Part shown: piece after piece, positions 29,969 to 41,125 of the stretch
Position numbering within the stretch: position 1 is the first letter of the stretch
Layout: each line of letters opens with the position of its first letter
NCBI GenBank assembly: GCA_963845535.1
Contig: CAWJSK010000012.1
Location: 880,431 to 944,430, forward strand
Origin: an uncultured Spirochaetota bacterium
Lineage (GTDB): Bacteria; Spirochaetota; Spirochaetia; SZUA-6; Fen-1364
DNA: 64,000 bases
Reading direction: 5' to 3'
Translations under genes and position numbers: made by a program
The notes under the pieces: model-generated
Told to the model about the DNA's origin: nothing
The model's input: only the letters and a program-made list of their open reading frames with translations
Databases searched by the model: none

Positions 29969-30844
29969 TCACTCTGCAAGCGCGTGTGCGGCACGCGCGC
30001 CGTCCGCGACAAGGGCGGTCATCTTTTCCGAGATTTCCCAGAGCCGCCGCATGCTCTCTCGGTCCTGTGACGCCGGAGAAGACCTCTGCTCCCGGCATTT
30101 CACGAAATACTTCCCCGTCACTCCCTCCACATCGCGGGAAGAAGCAAGGAAGACGCTCGTCCGCGCGCCCTCATCCACGCTGATCGCGCCGAGCCGCTGG
30201 GCAATGGAGATCCCAACGCCGAGGAAACCGCCGTTGTTCTTGCCGAACTCGGAGGCGACAAACCCCGGGTGCAAGGCATTCGCCGTCGTGCCGCTCCCCT
30301 CGAGCCTCCGGGCAAGCTCGTAGGTGAAGAGGAGGTTTGCCAGCTTGGACTGGCCATACGCGGCCCAGGCACGGTAGCGCACGCGGCCCTCGAGGTCATC
30401 GAAGCTCATGGTTGCGCGCTGGTGGGCGTCTGAAGAGACTGTGACGACGCGGGACGAAGCGCCGCGTCTCAAGGCTTCCTGCAACAATGTCGTAAGAAGG
30501 AACGGCGCAAGGTGGTTCAGCGCGAACGTCATTTCGATCCCGTCCACTGACGTCCTGCGTCTCTGAAACACCGCGCCGACATTGTTCACGAGGACATTCA
30601 GAGCTCCCTGAGAGCGGGCCTGGTCCGCGGCCGAGCGCACCCCTGCCTGGGATGAGAGGTCGGCGATGATCAGCTCAATGGAGCTGTTGCCCGTCGTCTC
30701 TTTGATCCACTCCCGTGTCGCCTCCGCTTTCTCGCGGCTTCTAGCCACGAGCAGCAGACGCGCTCCCGCGGCGGCCAGCTCACGCGCCGTGACGCGCCCT
30801 ATCCCCGCCGTTGCTCCGGTAATCAGCGCGGTCTTCCCCGCCAT
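29969..30844 (-). CDS. SDR oxidoreductase
   Basis: TGATAGIG, NHLAPF, YGQSKLAN and LHPG motifs. Confidence 0.93.
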   Translation of the reverse strand: MAGKTALITGATAGIGRVTARELAAAGARLLLVARSREKAEATREWIKETTGNSSIELIIADLSSQAGVRSAADQARSQGALNVLVNNVGAVFQRRRTSVDGIEMTFALNHLAPFLLTTLLQEALRRGASSRVVTVSSDAHQRATMSFDDLEGRVRYRAWAAYGQSKLANLLFTYELARRLEGSGTTANALHPGFVASEFGKNNGGFLGVGISIAQRLGAISVDEGARTSVFLASSRDVEGVTGKYFVKCREQRSSPASQDRESMRRLWEISEKMTALVADGARAAHALAE

Positions 30845-31022
30845 TGACTCGGTTTTCACTGTTTGAGCGTCCTTCCCGGCCGCAGTTTCCGGCGGCCTCA
30901 CCGGCTTCCCTCCGGTCCACCTAAAATACTCACGCACGGTTGATTCAGGCCACGTCTGCGGATATAAGAAGGAGAGGCGTCCCGGGCCCAAAGCTGCGGC
31001 GCGAAAAGGAAAGGAACGTTCC

Positions 31023-32075
31023 ATGCTGAAGTTCGGAATTGTCGGCGCGGGCATGATCGCCCAGAGCGGGTTCGACGGCATAACGGCCAGCGGGGCGGCG
31101 GAGGTCGTCTCGATCGCGGACCCCCACCAGGGCCGGGCGGAGGAGTTCGCCAGGCGCAACGGCGTGCGCACGGTCCGCCCGGATGCGAAAGACCTTTTCC
31201 GTGATCCTTCTCTCGACGCGGTATACATAGCTACACCGACCGTCCATCACGCTCCCTACGCCGTGGCCGCCTTCGAAGCGGGAAAGCACGTCATACTGGA
31301 AAAGCCGTTCGCCTTTTCGTACGCGGACGCGCGCACGGTTGCAGACGCCGCGGCGGCCAGCAAGAAAACGTTCATGCTCGGGATGAACTTGCGTTTCGAG
31401 AAAAGCACGCAACTGGTCCGCGGGCTCACCGAGCGCGGCTACTTCGGGGAGATCCACCGCACGCGGGCGTTCTGGCGCCGCCGCTTCGGCGCGCCCCGGC
31501 TGGGGACGTGGTTCGGAAACAAGAAGCTTGCCGGCGGCGGCTGCTTCATGGACATCGGCGTGCACGTGATCGACCTTGCGCTGTGGACGTCCGGCAACTT
31601 CGACGTGGCGAGCGTGAGCGCGGCGGTCTATTCGGAGTTCGGAAGCCGCGGCATAGGGGAGGGCGGCTGGGGAGCCTCGACGCCGGAGGGCATTCCCTTC
31701 GACGTGGAGGACAGCGCCTCGGCGTTTCTGAGGATGAAGAACGGCGCAAGCGTCCAGGTAGAGGTCTCCTGGGTTGCGCACCAGAAGGAGGACGACGCGC
31801 ACGGCGTCGAAATCTTCGGCACCGAGGCAGGCGCGAGCCTCCCGCCCGTGGAGATCTACCGGCTGGACAAGGACCTGGCAGCCCCCGTGGACGTCACGCG
31901 GGTCGGATTGCCCGTGAAATATCCTCACGGCAACAAGTTTGTCAACTTCGTGCGCGCCCTCCAGGGCATCGAGCAGCCGTGCGTCACCGTCGAACAGGCG
32001 CTGAAGGTGCAGCAAATCATCGACGCCGCGTATCAGTCCGCGGCGACGGGCAGGGAAGTGCTCTTGGAGAGATAG
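31023..32075 (+). CDS. Gfo/Idh/MocA oxidoreductase
   Basis: GIVGAG, EKP and GGGCFMDIGVHVID motifs. Confidence 0.93.
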   Translation: MLKFGIVGAGMIAQSGFDGITASGAAEVVSIADPHQGRAEEFARRNGVRTVRPDAKDLFRDPSLDAVYIATPTVHHAPYAVAAFEAGKHVILEKPFAFSYADARTVADAAAASKKTFMLGMNLRFEKSTQLVRGLTERGYFGEIHRTRAFWRRRFGAPRLGTWFGNKKLAGGGCFMDIGVHVIDLALWTSGNFDVASVSAAVYSEFGSRGIGEGGWGASTPEGIPFDVEDSASAFLRMKNGASVQVEVSWVAHQKEDDAHGVEIFGTEAGASLPPVEIYRLDKDLAAPVDVTRVGLPVKYPHGNKFVNFVRALQGIEQPCVTVEQALKVQQIIDAAYQSAATGREVLLER

Positions 32076-32085
32076 ACCGCCCCCC

Positions 32086-33099
32086 CTAAAATCCGCTGAA
32101 CTGGTCCACGTTTTCCCTGGTGAGAACGATCGGCCTGTCGAAGATCATCGTGTTTCCCGAGAACGAATAAGGCTTGCCGAGCCCGGGAATGTCCAGGTCC
32201 GCGCCGATCTTGCTCCTCTCGCCGTCGAGGGCGAGCCGGGCAAGGTACACCATCGCGTAACCGGCCTCGGCAGGGTCCCACACGATTGATGCGCTGAGCG
32301 AGCCGTCCTTGAGGCATGGTGAGGCCTCGCCTGGCCCGGTGGTGCTGACGACAACGATCTTTCCGACCAGGTCCTTCTGACGCAGCGCTTGCGCCACGCC
32401 CGGCCCTCCCCGGCTTCCGAAAACGAGGAAGCCCTTGATGTCCGGGTAGGCCGTTATGAGATCAAGGGCGGTCTGGCGGGACAAATCCGCATCCTCTGAG
32501 ACGGGGAACCGTTCCCCTACGAGCTTGAGACGGGGATATTTCTGCCTGGCCAGCGAGACGGCCGCATCAGCCCACAGATTGTGGTCCGGCCGCGTAAAGG
32601 ATCCAACGTAGACGGCGTATTGGCCCTCGGGGGAACCGAGCGCCTTTACCATCTCCTCAATTGCCAGGCGGCCGAAAAGCGCGTTGTCGATCATCTCCAC
32701 GTCATAGTCGGCGCGCGCCTGATCGGGAGATTGATGCGTGATCGTCACGATTTTTTTTTCCTGCGCCGCGGCGAAAGCCGGCTCGATCGATGTGGGGTCC
32801 TCGGGGACGACGAAAATCGCGTCGTTGCCCTGGTTTGTGGCATCCTCGATCAGCCGCACCTGCTGCGAAGCGCTTGCAGGAGAGGGGACCTCCTGCGTGA
32901 CGGTGAAGTTGAGCTGGGAGCCCGCCTTCTTGAACCCATCCTCCATCCTGTCGAACCACGTCGAGGCGAACTTCGGGATCGAGACCGCCGTATAGCGGAC
33001 CGCGGTTTCCTTTTGGGGGCCGGCAAAGATCGGATGCGCCGCGCTCATCGCGACGGTGATGCAGAGTGTCCCCACAATCATGGATTGCGCGCTGAGCAT
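32086..33099 (-). CDS. Sugar/AI-2-type ABC substrate-binding protein (LsrB/RhaS-like)
   Basis: WFDRMEDG, QQVRLIED and WDPAEAGYA motifs. Confidence 0.8.
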   Translation of the reverse strand: MLSAQSMIVGTLCITVAMSAAHPIFAGPQKETAVRYTAVSIPKFASTWFDRMEDGFKKAGSQLNFTVTQEVPSPASASQQVRLIEDATNQGNDAIFVVPEDPTSIEPAFAAAQEKKIVTITHQSPDQARADYDVEMIDNALFGRLAIEEMVKALGSPEGQYAVYVGSFTRPDHNLWADAAVSLARQKYPRLKLVGERFPVSEDADLSRQTALDLITAYPDIKGFLVFGSRGGPGVAQALRQKDLVGKIVVVSTTGPGEASPCLKDGSLSASIVWDPAEAGYAMVYLARLALDGERSKIGADLDIPGLGKPYSFSGNTMIFDRPIVLTRENVDQFSGF

Positions 33100-33138
33100 G
33101 CGATGCCCCCTTTCGTCGACTGCCGTTCCTTCCGCTCC

Positions 33139-33483
33139 CTATTCGTTCAACGCGGCTTGGAGCGCCGCGATGAGCTGTTTGATGACGTCCTTCGGCATCT
33201 GGTCCAGCTTTCCTTCGACCCTCTTCGCAAGCGCCTGGAGGTCAGCGATGGTTTTCTGGTTCTCATTGACCTGGTCCACGGCCGCCTGCGCCTGTTCCTT
33301 GACCTTCTGGTAATCGGCAAGCTGCGCCTTGAGATCGGCGATCTGCTTTGCTTGATCGTCGGCAAGGACCTTGGTCTTATCATCCACGTACTTGTTCGTG
33401 GCAATAAACCCCAGGAAGTTGCCCGAGGCGCACCCGGTCAAGGCAACAGATGCGATGACAAGCAGGATGATGAACCGTTTCAT
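33139..33483 (-). CDS. Small coiled-coil lipoprotein
   Basis: Lipobox LTGC; AGGAGG RBS. Confidence 0.8.
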   Translation of the reverse strand: MKRFIILLVIASVALTGCASGNFLGFIATNKYVDDKTKVLADDQAKQIADLKAQLADYQKVKEQAQAAVDQVNENQKTIADLQALAKRVEGKLDQMPKDVIKQLIAALQAALNE

Positions 33484-33643
33484 GACGATATCCTCCTGTG
33501 GCGCATCTTATCCGGTCGAACACGCCACGTCCATTGAACACCTGCATCCTCTCCGGCGGCTTGACCTCGGACGGGAACTTTCCTTACTATCATAGGAAAT
33601 ACGAGATATTCCGCATCTTCCGCGCAAACCGGCAGGCACCATA

Positions 33644-35470
33644 ATGGCGAAGACCGCAGTCAAATACGACGAGAAATCGATCCAAACCCTGGACGCGCTG
33701 GAGCACATCCGGCTGCGAACGGGCATGTACATTGGCAGGCTGGGGGACGGCTCCAACCCCATGGATGGGATCTACGTACTATTGAAGGAAATCATCGACA
33801 ACAGCGTGGACGAGTTCATCATGGGACAGGGAAAAGTCATCGAGATCGCCCGGAAAAAAACCTCCGTCAGCGTGCGGGACTACGGCCGCGGCATCCCCCT
33901 GGGCAAGGTCATCGACTGCGTGAGCAAGGTGAATACGGGAGGAAAGTTCAACGACGAAGTCTTCCAGTTCTCCGTAGGGCTGAATGGGGTCGGCACAAAG
34001 GCCGTCAACGCGCTCTCCTCGGAGTTCGAGGTGGCGAGCTTTCGGGAAGGGAAGTTCGTCCAGGCGATTTTCCGCGAAGGCAAGCTCATAACCCAGAAGG
34101 ACGGCAAGGATCCGAAGGCAAAGAGCGGCACGTTCGTGCGCTTCACGCCGGATCCCAAGATTTTCACGACGTACGAGTGGGATGATGACTTCATCCTGAA
34201 GCGTCTGCGCTACTACGCCTATCTCAACTCCGGCCTGCGCTTCGTGTACAACGGCCAGACGGTCTCCAGCCAGGAAGGCCTGCGTGATCTCCTCGTGGAG
34301 GAGATCGGCGAAGAGCAGATGCACTACGAGATAGCCAGCCACAAGGGTTCGCGGTTGGAGTTCGCTTTCACGCATACCGCCAACTACGGGGAGAGCTATT
34401 TCAGCTTCGTGAACGGCCAGTTCACCGTTGACGGGGGCACGCACCAGACCGCTTTTCGCCTTGGAGTGCTGAAGGCAATCGACGAGTACGCCGGAGTGAA
34501 CTTTTCCGCGGAGGACGTACGGGAAGGGATGATCGGCGCGGTGGCCATCAAGCTGAAGGACCCGGTCTTCGAGAGTCAGACCAAGCACAAGCTCGGAAAC
34601 AACGAAATCCGCACCTGGGTCGCGGAGGATGTCAAGAAAGAGACCCTCACGTGGCTGCACAGGAACGAAGCGGAGGCGAAGAAGCTGCTTGAGAAGATCA
34701 GGGCGAACGAGCGCATACGGAAAGAACTGTCGAGCATCAAGAAGCAGGCCCGGGAGATGGCTCGCAAAGTGGAGCTGCACATCCCGAAGCTGACGGACTG
34801 CCGCGTGCATTTCGATGATGAGAAGGAGAAGCGCCGGGAGGAGTCCAGCATCTTCCTCACGGAAGGGGATTCCGCGGGCGGCCCCATGATCCAGGCCAGG
34901 GACGTGCACACCCAGGCCATTTTCTCCCTCAAGGGAAAGCCGCTCAACGTGTTCGGGCTCAAGCGTGACACGGTGTACAAGAACGAAGAGCTGTACAACA
35001 TCATGCGCGCGCTGGGGATCGAGGACGGCCTGGACGGGCTTCGCTACAACAGGGTGATCGTCGCAACGGATGCGGACGTGGACGGCATGCACATCCGGAA
35101 CCTGCTCCTCACGTTCTTCCTCCACTACTTCGAGCAGCTCGTCCTCCAGGGCCACCTCCATATCCTGGAGACGCCGCTCTTCCGCGTGCGCACCAAGGAT
35201 GAGACGGTGTACTGCTACTCGGAGGCGGAGCGTGACTCCGCCATGAAGCGGCTCAAGGGCACGGAGGTCACGAGGTTCAAGGGGCTCGGCGAAATATCGC
35301 CCAAAGAGTTCAAGCAGTTCATGTCGGATGACATGCGGCTCACGCCGGTGCAGGTCCCCTCCATGGCAGGCGTCCATCGGACGCTCGAGTTCCTCATGGG
35401 CAAGAACACGCCCGAACGGAAGAAGTTCATCGTGAACAACCTCCGCATTGAGGTCCTGGAGGGAGCATGA
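33644..35470 (+). CDS. parE: DNA topoisomerase IV subunit B
   Basis: EHIRLRTGMYIG, EGDSAG, LKGK, DADVDG and RFKGLGE motifs. Confidence 0.9.
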   Translation: MAKTAVKYDEKSIQTLDALEHIRLRTGMYIGRLGDGSNPMDGIYVLLKEIIDNSVDEFIMGQGKVIEIARKKTSVSVRDYGRGIPLGKVIDCVSKVNTGGKFNDEVFQFSVGLNGVGTKAVNALSSEFEVASFREGKFVQAIFREGKLITQKDGKDPKAKSGTFVRFTPDPKIFTTYEWDDDFILKRLRYYAYLNSGLRFVYNGQTVSSQEGLRDLLVEEIGEEQMHYEIASHKGSRLEFAFTHTANYGESYFSFVNGQFTVDGGTHQTAFRLGVLKAIDEYAGVNFSAEDVREGMIGAVAIKLKDPVFESQTKHKLGNNEIRTWVAEDVKKETLTWLHRNEAEAKKLLEKIRANERIRKELSSIKKQAREMARKVELHIPKLTDCRVHFDDEKEKRREESSIFLTEGDSAGGPMIQARDVHTQAIFSLKGKPLNVFGLKRDTVYKNEELYNIMRALGIEDGLDGLRYNRVIVATDADVDGMHIRNLLLTFFLHYFEQLVLQGHLHILETPLFRVRTKDETVYCYSEAERDSAMKRLKGTEVTRFKGLGEISPKEFKQFMSDDMRLTPVQVPSMAGVHRTLEFLMGKNTPERKKFIVNNLRIEVLEGA

Positions 35471-37391
35471 GCCCGCAGAGCCAGCTCAAGCCCCTCATGG
35501 AGGGTTACTTCCTCGACTACGCGAGCTACGTGATCATGGACCGCGCCATCCCGGGCCTGCGTGACGGCTGCAAGCCCGTGCAGAGGCGCATCCTCCACAC
35601 GCTGTTCGAGATGAACGACGGCAAGTACCACAAGGTGGCTAACGTCATCGGGGAGTCAATGAAGCTGCACCCGCACGGGGACGCCTCCATCGGAGACGCC
35701 CTCGTGGTGCTCGCCAACAAGGACTACTTCATTGACAGGCAGGGGAACTTCGGCAACATCATGACGGGCCACCCCGCGGCCGCGGCGCGCTACATCGAGT
35801 GCCGCCTCACGCCCCTTGCCCTGGAGACGCTTTTCAACCCTGACCTTACCGAATACACCCCCAGCTATGACGGGCGGCGCAAGGAGCCCAAGGAGCTGCC
35901 GGCCAAGGTCCCCGTCCTCCTCATGCTCGGGGCGGAGGGGATTGCGGTGGGCATGGCAACCACCATTCTCCCCCACAACTTCCCCGAGCTGCTGGACGCG
36001 CTGGTCTCCATCCTCAAAGGGGAAAAAGTCGCCCTGTACCCGGACTTCCCGCAGGGCGGCCTGATCGACGTGAGCGAATACTCCGACGGCGTGGGAAGGC
36101 TCAAGGCGCGCGCGCGCATCGAGAAGGTGAGCGGGGTGCAGAAGCTCGTGATCACGGAAGTCCCCTACTCCACCACCACAACCAGCCTCATTGCTTCCAT
36201 CGAGTCCGCGGTGCAAAAGGGGAAGGTCAGCATCTCCAAGATCAGCGACTACACGAGCGACCACGTGGAGATCGAGCTCGCCCTGTCCCGGGGGGCGGAA
36301 CCGGACCAGGTGATGGACCAGCTCTATGCCAACACCGACTCTGAGATCGCCATCTCCTCCAACATGGTGGTCATCAGGAATGACCGGCCTGTCGAGGTTT
36401 CGGTTTCGGAGTACCTCAAGGAGTTCTCCGTCCTCCTGAAAAAGCAGATCAAGGCGGAGCTGGAGCACGAGCTTGCGCGGCTGGAAGACCGCAGGCACTG
36501 GCTCACCCTAGAGCGGATATTCATTGAAAACCGTGTCTACAAAAGGCTGGAAAAAGCCGCAACGGAGGAGTCCGTCCGACGGGAAGTGTACACGGGCATG
36601 AAGCCGTTCTCCCGGCAGTTCGTCCGGGCCATGACGGATGACGACGTCCAGCGCCTCCTCGAGCTCCGGATCCGCCGCATCAGCGCGTATGACCTGAAAA
36701 AGAACCGGGAGAAATCGACGACATCGTGGCCGCGCTTCGGCAGGTGAACCGCAAGCTGAAGAACCTCACCAAAACGGTCATCGATTGGCTTGGCGGCCTC
36801 AATGAGAAGTATGGTGAGCAGTTCCCCCGGCGCACGGAGATCGCCACTTTCCACGAGGTGGACAAGGTGGCCGTGGCGAAGGCCAACATCCGCTTGAGCT
36901 ATGACCGGGAGGCCGGCTACTTCGGAAGCTCCGTACGGGGATCAGAGTTCGTCATGACCGTGACCGAGTATGACCGCATCCTCGCGGTTACCGCGGACGG
37001 AACCTACCGGATCATGTCTCCTCCTGAGAAGGCGTGGATGCCAGGCGCGCTCCTGTACGCCGGGCTTTTCGACAAGGCAAAAGGCGCGCATTTCACCCTG
37101 ATCTATCGCGACGCCGGCGGGCTCGCGTGGGGAAAGAAGGTGCACGTCGAACGGTTCATCACGAACAAGACCTACTGGCTTGCAAAGGAAGGCTGCCGGG
37201 GAATCGATTTTCTCACGGACAAGAGGCCGTCCGGCGTCGTGAAGCTGAACATGGTGCCGGCAAAGCGCCAGAAGGTGAAGTCCGTGAACGTGGACATTGC
37301 AAAGATCCCGGTGTGCGGGCTTTCCGCCCGGGGGCTGAAGCTCACGGCCAAGCCCATCCAGGGCGTGGAGATCGCGGCGTCAAAGAAGTAG
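35467..37391 (+). CDS. parC: DNA topoisomerase IV subunit A, frameshifted near 36712
   Basis: DGCKPVQRR, HPHGD and AAARY. The C-terminal part continues in ORF 36726-37391; adding one base restores ..REEIDDIVA.. Confidence 0.88.
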
Positions 37392-37994
37392 CCGCCCCTT
37401 TTTTGCAGGATCCCTTGAGTTGCTCACGCGCTGCCATCTCATGACCGACTCTTTTCCTTCGTCTGCCGTGTACAGGCGGGGATCATGGAGATTCTTGCGC
37501 ACGAACTCCCGCAGCGAGTCGCTCGACTCGAAGGTCCGGGAAGAGAAAAGGGCGTCATCCACGAACCGCAGGGACAGGGTGTCACCGCTGATGCGGTAAT
37601 TCGCGAAGCTCCAGGCGCGGCCCGGCTCGGCGTCGAGCTCTTGAGCGTTCAGGAAGCGCTCCCCTTCGATCTCCGTTATGAATGCTCGATAGGCCACGAT
37701 CTTTTCCGCCTCCCCGTCCGGTTCCCTGCTCCACGCAACGTATTCCTTCTCGTTGAATCGAAGGAACTCGATGGTCACCCATTGGCCGCTCTCCGGATCC
37801 TGCATCTTCCAGCTTCCCGCAAGGGCATTATCCCGGATGGCGTCAGCCGGAGCCCCCAAGGGGAGATCATAGCTGAACGGACAGGCGGCCAGGCAGCAGG
37901 AGAGGGCCGCAAGCAGGGCGGCTGCCGCGGCCCTCGGAGCTATCCCGCCGGAAGCGGCTCTTCGCGAACCGGGTTGTCGAAAAACCGCCGCCAT
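37380..37994 (-). CDS. Hypothetical lipoprotein
   Basis: Lipobox LAAC; GGAGG RBS. Confidence 0.65.
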   Translation of the reverse strand: MAAVFRQPGSRRAASGGIAPRAAAAALLAALSCCLAACPFSYDLPLGAPADAIRDNALAGSWKMQDPESGQWVTIEFLRFNEKEYVAWSREPDGEAEKIVAYRAFITEIEGERFLNAQELDAEPGRAWSFANYRISGDTLSLRFVDDALFSSRTFESSDSLREFVRKNLHDPRLYTADEGKESVMRWQRVSNSRDPAKKGRLLL

Positions 37995-38007
37995 ACAACC
38001 TCCTGAT

Positions 38008-39186
38008 TCACGAGCAGAAATCGCTGATGAGCCTGAGGGCAACCTCGCTGGCGGCAAAGACCGAGGGAAGGTCGACCCATTCGCTCTCCCCGTGCAGACC
38101 CTCGCCCGTCGGTCCCAGGACAACGGAGGGGATCCCCGCAGCCGAAAGGAGGGATGAGTCCATCCAGGCGCTCATCCCGCCGAATGTGGCCCTGCGCCCC
38201 GTTGATCCCTCGAAAGCCCGGGCAAGGGCTTGCACCACGGGTGCGCTCTGCGCCACCTCCATGGGCGCGCGGGAGAAAAGGAACCGAACGTCCGCCCTGA
38301 AGGCAGGGTCCTGCCGAGCCATGAGCAGGAGCGCTTCCTGCAGGTCCTTCTCCACCGCTTCCGGCTCCTCCCCGGGAATGGTCCTTCGTTCAATCCCCAA
38401 CCGGCAGGAGGCAGGATAGGAGGAAAGCTCCTGCCCGCCGCTGATCAGAGACGCATGCACCGTGCCGGTCCCGAGCATCGCGTGAGACGGCCCGGCAGCG
38501 AGCCGCCTGCCCATGTCTTCCAGGCTCACGAGCACGCGGCCCATCTTCGCTATGGCGTCCACTCCCTTGTCGGGACGGGAGCCGTGCGCGGCAACACCGC
38601 TGGTCTCCACCTCGAACCAGGCAAACCCCTTGTGGGCAATCACGATTTGCAAGCCGGTCGGCTCGCCGACAAGGGCGGCGTCGGCTTTCCATCTCTTCAC
38701 GACCGCCTCCGTGCCAACGCTGGCGTATTCCTCGTCGACCACCGCCGTGAGGACTGCGGCCCCGCGCAGCCCACGCTTTTTTGCCGCGGCAACCGCCATC
38801 ATGAACGCCGCGAGAGCCGACTTCGTGTCCATGGAACCACGGCCGCAAAGCCTGTCGTTGCGGACGATCGGCCGGAAGGGGTTTTCCATTCCTGCCACGC
38901 CAACCGTGTCCATATGCGCGTTGAGCATCAGCGTTTTCCCCCCACCGCTTCCGCGGGCGATGGCAATCACGTTCGGGCGGCCCGCAAGGCCGGTCTCTTC
39001 GACGTGCACCTCCAACCCCTGGGATTGCGCCCATTGCGCCACGAACGAACCAATCTCCCCTTCGCCTCTCGAACCGGGCACCAGGTCCGGATTGATCGAA
39101 TCGATTGATACAAGCTTCGCTGTCAGGGCAAAAAGTTCATCCCGGGAGATTTCGCCGTTTGGCATGACGTTCCTCTTTCTAGCCAT
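38008..39186 (-). CDS. M20 ArgE/DapE-family deacylase
   Basis: NAHMDTV, GRGSMDTK, DEE, GEPT and LHGESE motifs. Confidence 0.92.
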   Translation of the reverse strand: MARKRNVMPNGEISRDELFALTAKLVSIDSINPDLVPGSRGEGEIGSFVAQWAQSQGLEVHVEETGLAGRPNVIAIARGSGGGKTLMLNAHMDTVGVAGMENPFRPIVRNDRLCGRGSMDTKSALAAFMMAVAAAKKRGLRGAAVLTAVVDEEYASVGTEAVVKRWKADAALVGEPTGLQIVIAHKGFAWFEVETSGVAAHGSRPDKGVDAIAKMGRVLVSLEDMGRRLAAGPSHAMLGTGTVHASLISGGQELSSYPASCRLGIERRTIPGEEPEAVEKDLQEALLLMARQDPAFRADVRFLFSRAPMEVAQSAPVVQALARAFEGSTGRRATFGGMSAWMDSSLLSAAGIPSVVLGPTGEGLHGESEWVDLPSVFAASEVALRLISDFCS

Positions 39187-39188
39187 TC

Positions 39189-39818
39189 CTACCAGGCAAG
39201 GGCGGGAATGGTCCGCAGGTAGTCCTTCGAGGCAAGCTGATCCAGCATGAACGCCGCCACGTCGGCGCGCGCTATTCTCCTCCCCCGCTGCGGGAGCCCG
39301 TCAAGGGCAACACGCCACGTGCCGCGACCCGGTGCGTCCGTCAGGGCAAGGGGCCGTACAACCACCCACTCCAGGTGACTCTGGCGGACCTCTTCCAGCG
39401 CCTGTCTCTGGTCCGGGAGGACGTTCCTCAGTGAGATCCTTCCGAGGAAAAGCATTGCTTTTCCCACAAGATCCCGGGGCGTCTCGCTCAGCACGCAGAA
39501 GTTCGAGACAATGACCAGGCGGCGCACGCCTTTGTCTTCCATGGCCGCAATGATGTTTGCGGTGCCGGCAGAGTAGACGGTGGTGGGCTTCCCCGCCTCG
39601 GTGCCCAACGCGCACAGCACGGCGTCGTGGCCGTCCACGGCGGCTGCCACGCACGCGGCGTCCAGCACGTCACAGCGCTCCACGCGGAGCTGCTCGTGAG
39701 TTGCCGGCATCCGGGCGGGGTCTCTGACGGCGGCCGTGACGACGTGGCCTTTCGCCAGAGCCTGGTCAACGAGGCATCTTCCGATTCCTCCCGTCGCCCC
39801 GAAGATGACGATCCTCAT
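39189..39818 (-). CDS. NAD(P)H-binding oxidoreductase (flavin reductase-like)
   Basis: IFGATGGIG, WVVVRP and IARADVA motifs. Confidence 0.88.
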   Translation of the reverse strand: MRIVIFGATGGIGRCLVDQALAKGHVVTAAVRDPARMPATHEQLRVERCDVLDAACVAAAVDGHDAVLCALGTEAGKPTTVYSAGTANIIAAMEDKGVRRLVIVSNFCVLSETPRDLVGKAMLFLGRISLRNVLPDQRQALEEVRQSHLEWVVVRPLALTDAPGRGTWRVALDGLPQRGRRIARADVAAFMLDQLASKDYLRTIPALAW

Positions 39819-41089
39819 GCCTGCTCGCCGTTGTACTCGCGCACGGCGTCGATCATCGCCACGATATTGGGGATGGGCGTGCGGGCCTGGATATTGTGGA
39901 CGGGATTGAAAACAAACCCCCCTCCTTTTCCGAGGATACCGCACCGCTCCAGCACCTCCGCGCGAACCTCCGACGGCGTACCGAAGGGGAGCGTCTTCTG
40001 GGTATCCACGCCGCCGCCCCAGAATACGACCTGAGCCCCGTAGCGTCGCTTCAACTCCCGGGCGTCCATGCCGGCGGCAGAGAGCTGCACGGGATTGATG
40101 ATGTCGAATCCGGCGTCAATCATGTGGGGAAGGAGGGGCGCAATGGCCCCGCAGGAATGCTTGAACGTCTTCCAGGACGTGTGCTCGTGGATCCAGGAGT
40201 TCATTCTCCTGTAGAACGGGGCGTAAAGACTTTCGAAGGTGTCCGGGGAACAGAACTGCGTGGTTTGCGTCCCGAAATCGGTCCCGCACAGGAACACCGC
40301 ATCGATCCCGTCCCCCACCTCTTCGTGGATCCGCGCCAGGTTGGCAACAGCAACCTCAGTCTGCTTGTCGAAGACCCTCGCCAAGTAATCCTGCCGCGTC
40401 GCGGTGGAGATGTACCACTCCGTGACGTCACGGATCCCGCGGGGATGCTTCATGAAAGGGCCGGGAACGAGCGCAATGTCTCCGAGGCCCGTTCCCCCGA
40501 AGCTCGCCACAACGGCCCGCGCCTTTCGGGACGCGTCACGTACGGACCTCTTCAGGTGCGCAAGGTCGGCGCTGGAGATCGGCGTGAACTCTTCCAGGTT
40601 GTCCGCCGGGTCCAGTCGGGACTCATCGATGGGCTCCTGGCGGATGAGGGAATCGAAATACAGGCCGCTGGACGGCATCTTGGCGCTTGGCGGAACGCCG
40701 AGGTCTCCTTCAGGATAGATCAGGATGTCCCCCTGGGCGTCGGTCGTCGTCCGAAACCCGTCCGGGACAAGGACTTCCTGTCCCCAGGGAGCGCGCCATT
40801 CCTTCCAACCCTCCAGTGGGAATCCCAGCATCGTCGTGCGGGCAAACACCCCGGAGGTATGCACTCCCATTGCGGCGGCCAGGTCGTCTTCTATCAGGCC
40901 AAGCATCTGGTAGGGTTCATGGACCTTCACCGGCCCGTTGGCCAGTCCGTAGTGTTCGCGAAGGCCTTTGACAACGGAGACGTGCGCCCCGGTAACCGCG
41001 GTTGAGCCGAGGTCGAAAGGAATGGGTGACTCCCGGTGGCCAAGTGCGTCACGGACCCTTTGCCGCGCAGGGGTGTCTGTGTGCTGCAT
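39815..41089 (-). CDS. Uroporphyrinogen decarboxylase / MtaA-CmuA family protein
   Basis: TDFGTQ, HSCG, NPVQ, WGGGVDTQ and HNIQ motifs. Confidence 0.88.
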   Translation of the reverse strand: MQHTDTPARQRVRDALGHRESPIPFDLGSTAVTGAHVSVVKGLREHYGLANGPVKVHEPYQMLGLIEDDLAAAMGVHTSGVFARTTMLGFPLEGWKEWRAPWGQEVLVPDGFRTTTDAQGDILIYPEGDLGVPPSAKMPSSGLYFDSLIRQEPIDESRLDPADNLEEFTPISSADLAHLKRSVRDASRKARAVVASFGGTGLGDIALVPGPFMKHPRGIRDVTEWYISTATRQDYLARVFDKQTEVAVANLARIHEEVGDGIDAVFLCGTDFGTQTTQFCSPDTFESLYAPFYRRMNSWIHEHTSWKTFKHSCGAIAPLLPHMIDAGFDIINPVQLSAAGMDARELKRRYGAQVVFWGGGVDTQKTLPFGTPSEVRAEVLERCGILGKGGGFVFNPVHNIQARTPIPNIVAMIDAVREYNGEQA

Positions 41090-41125
41090 GATGCATTATA
41101 TCACGCGGTGATCAGCTTCCCACCC

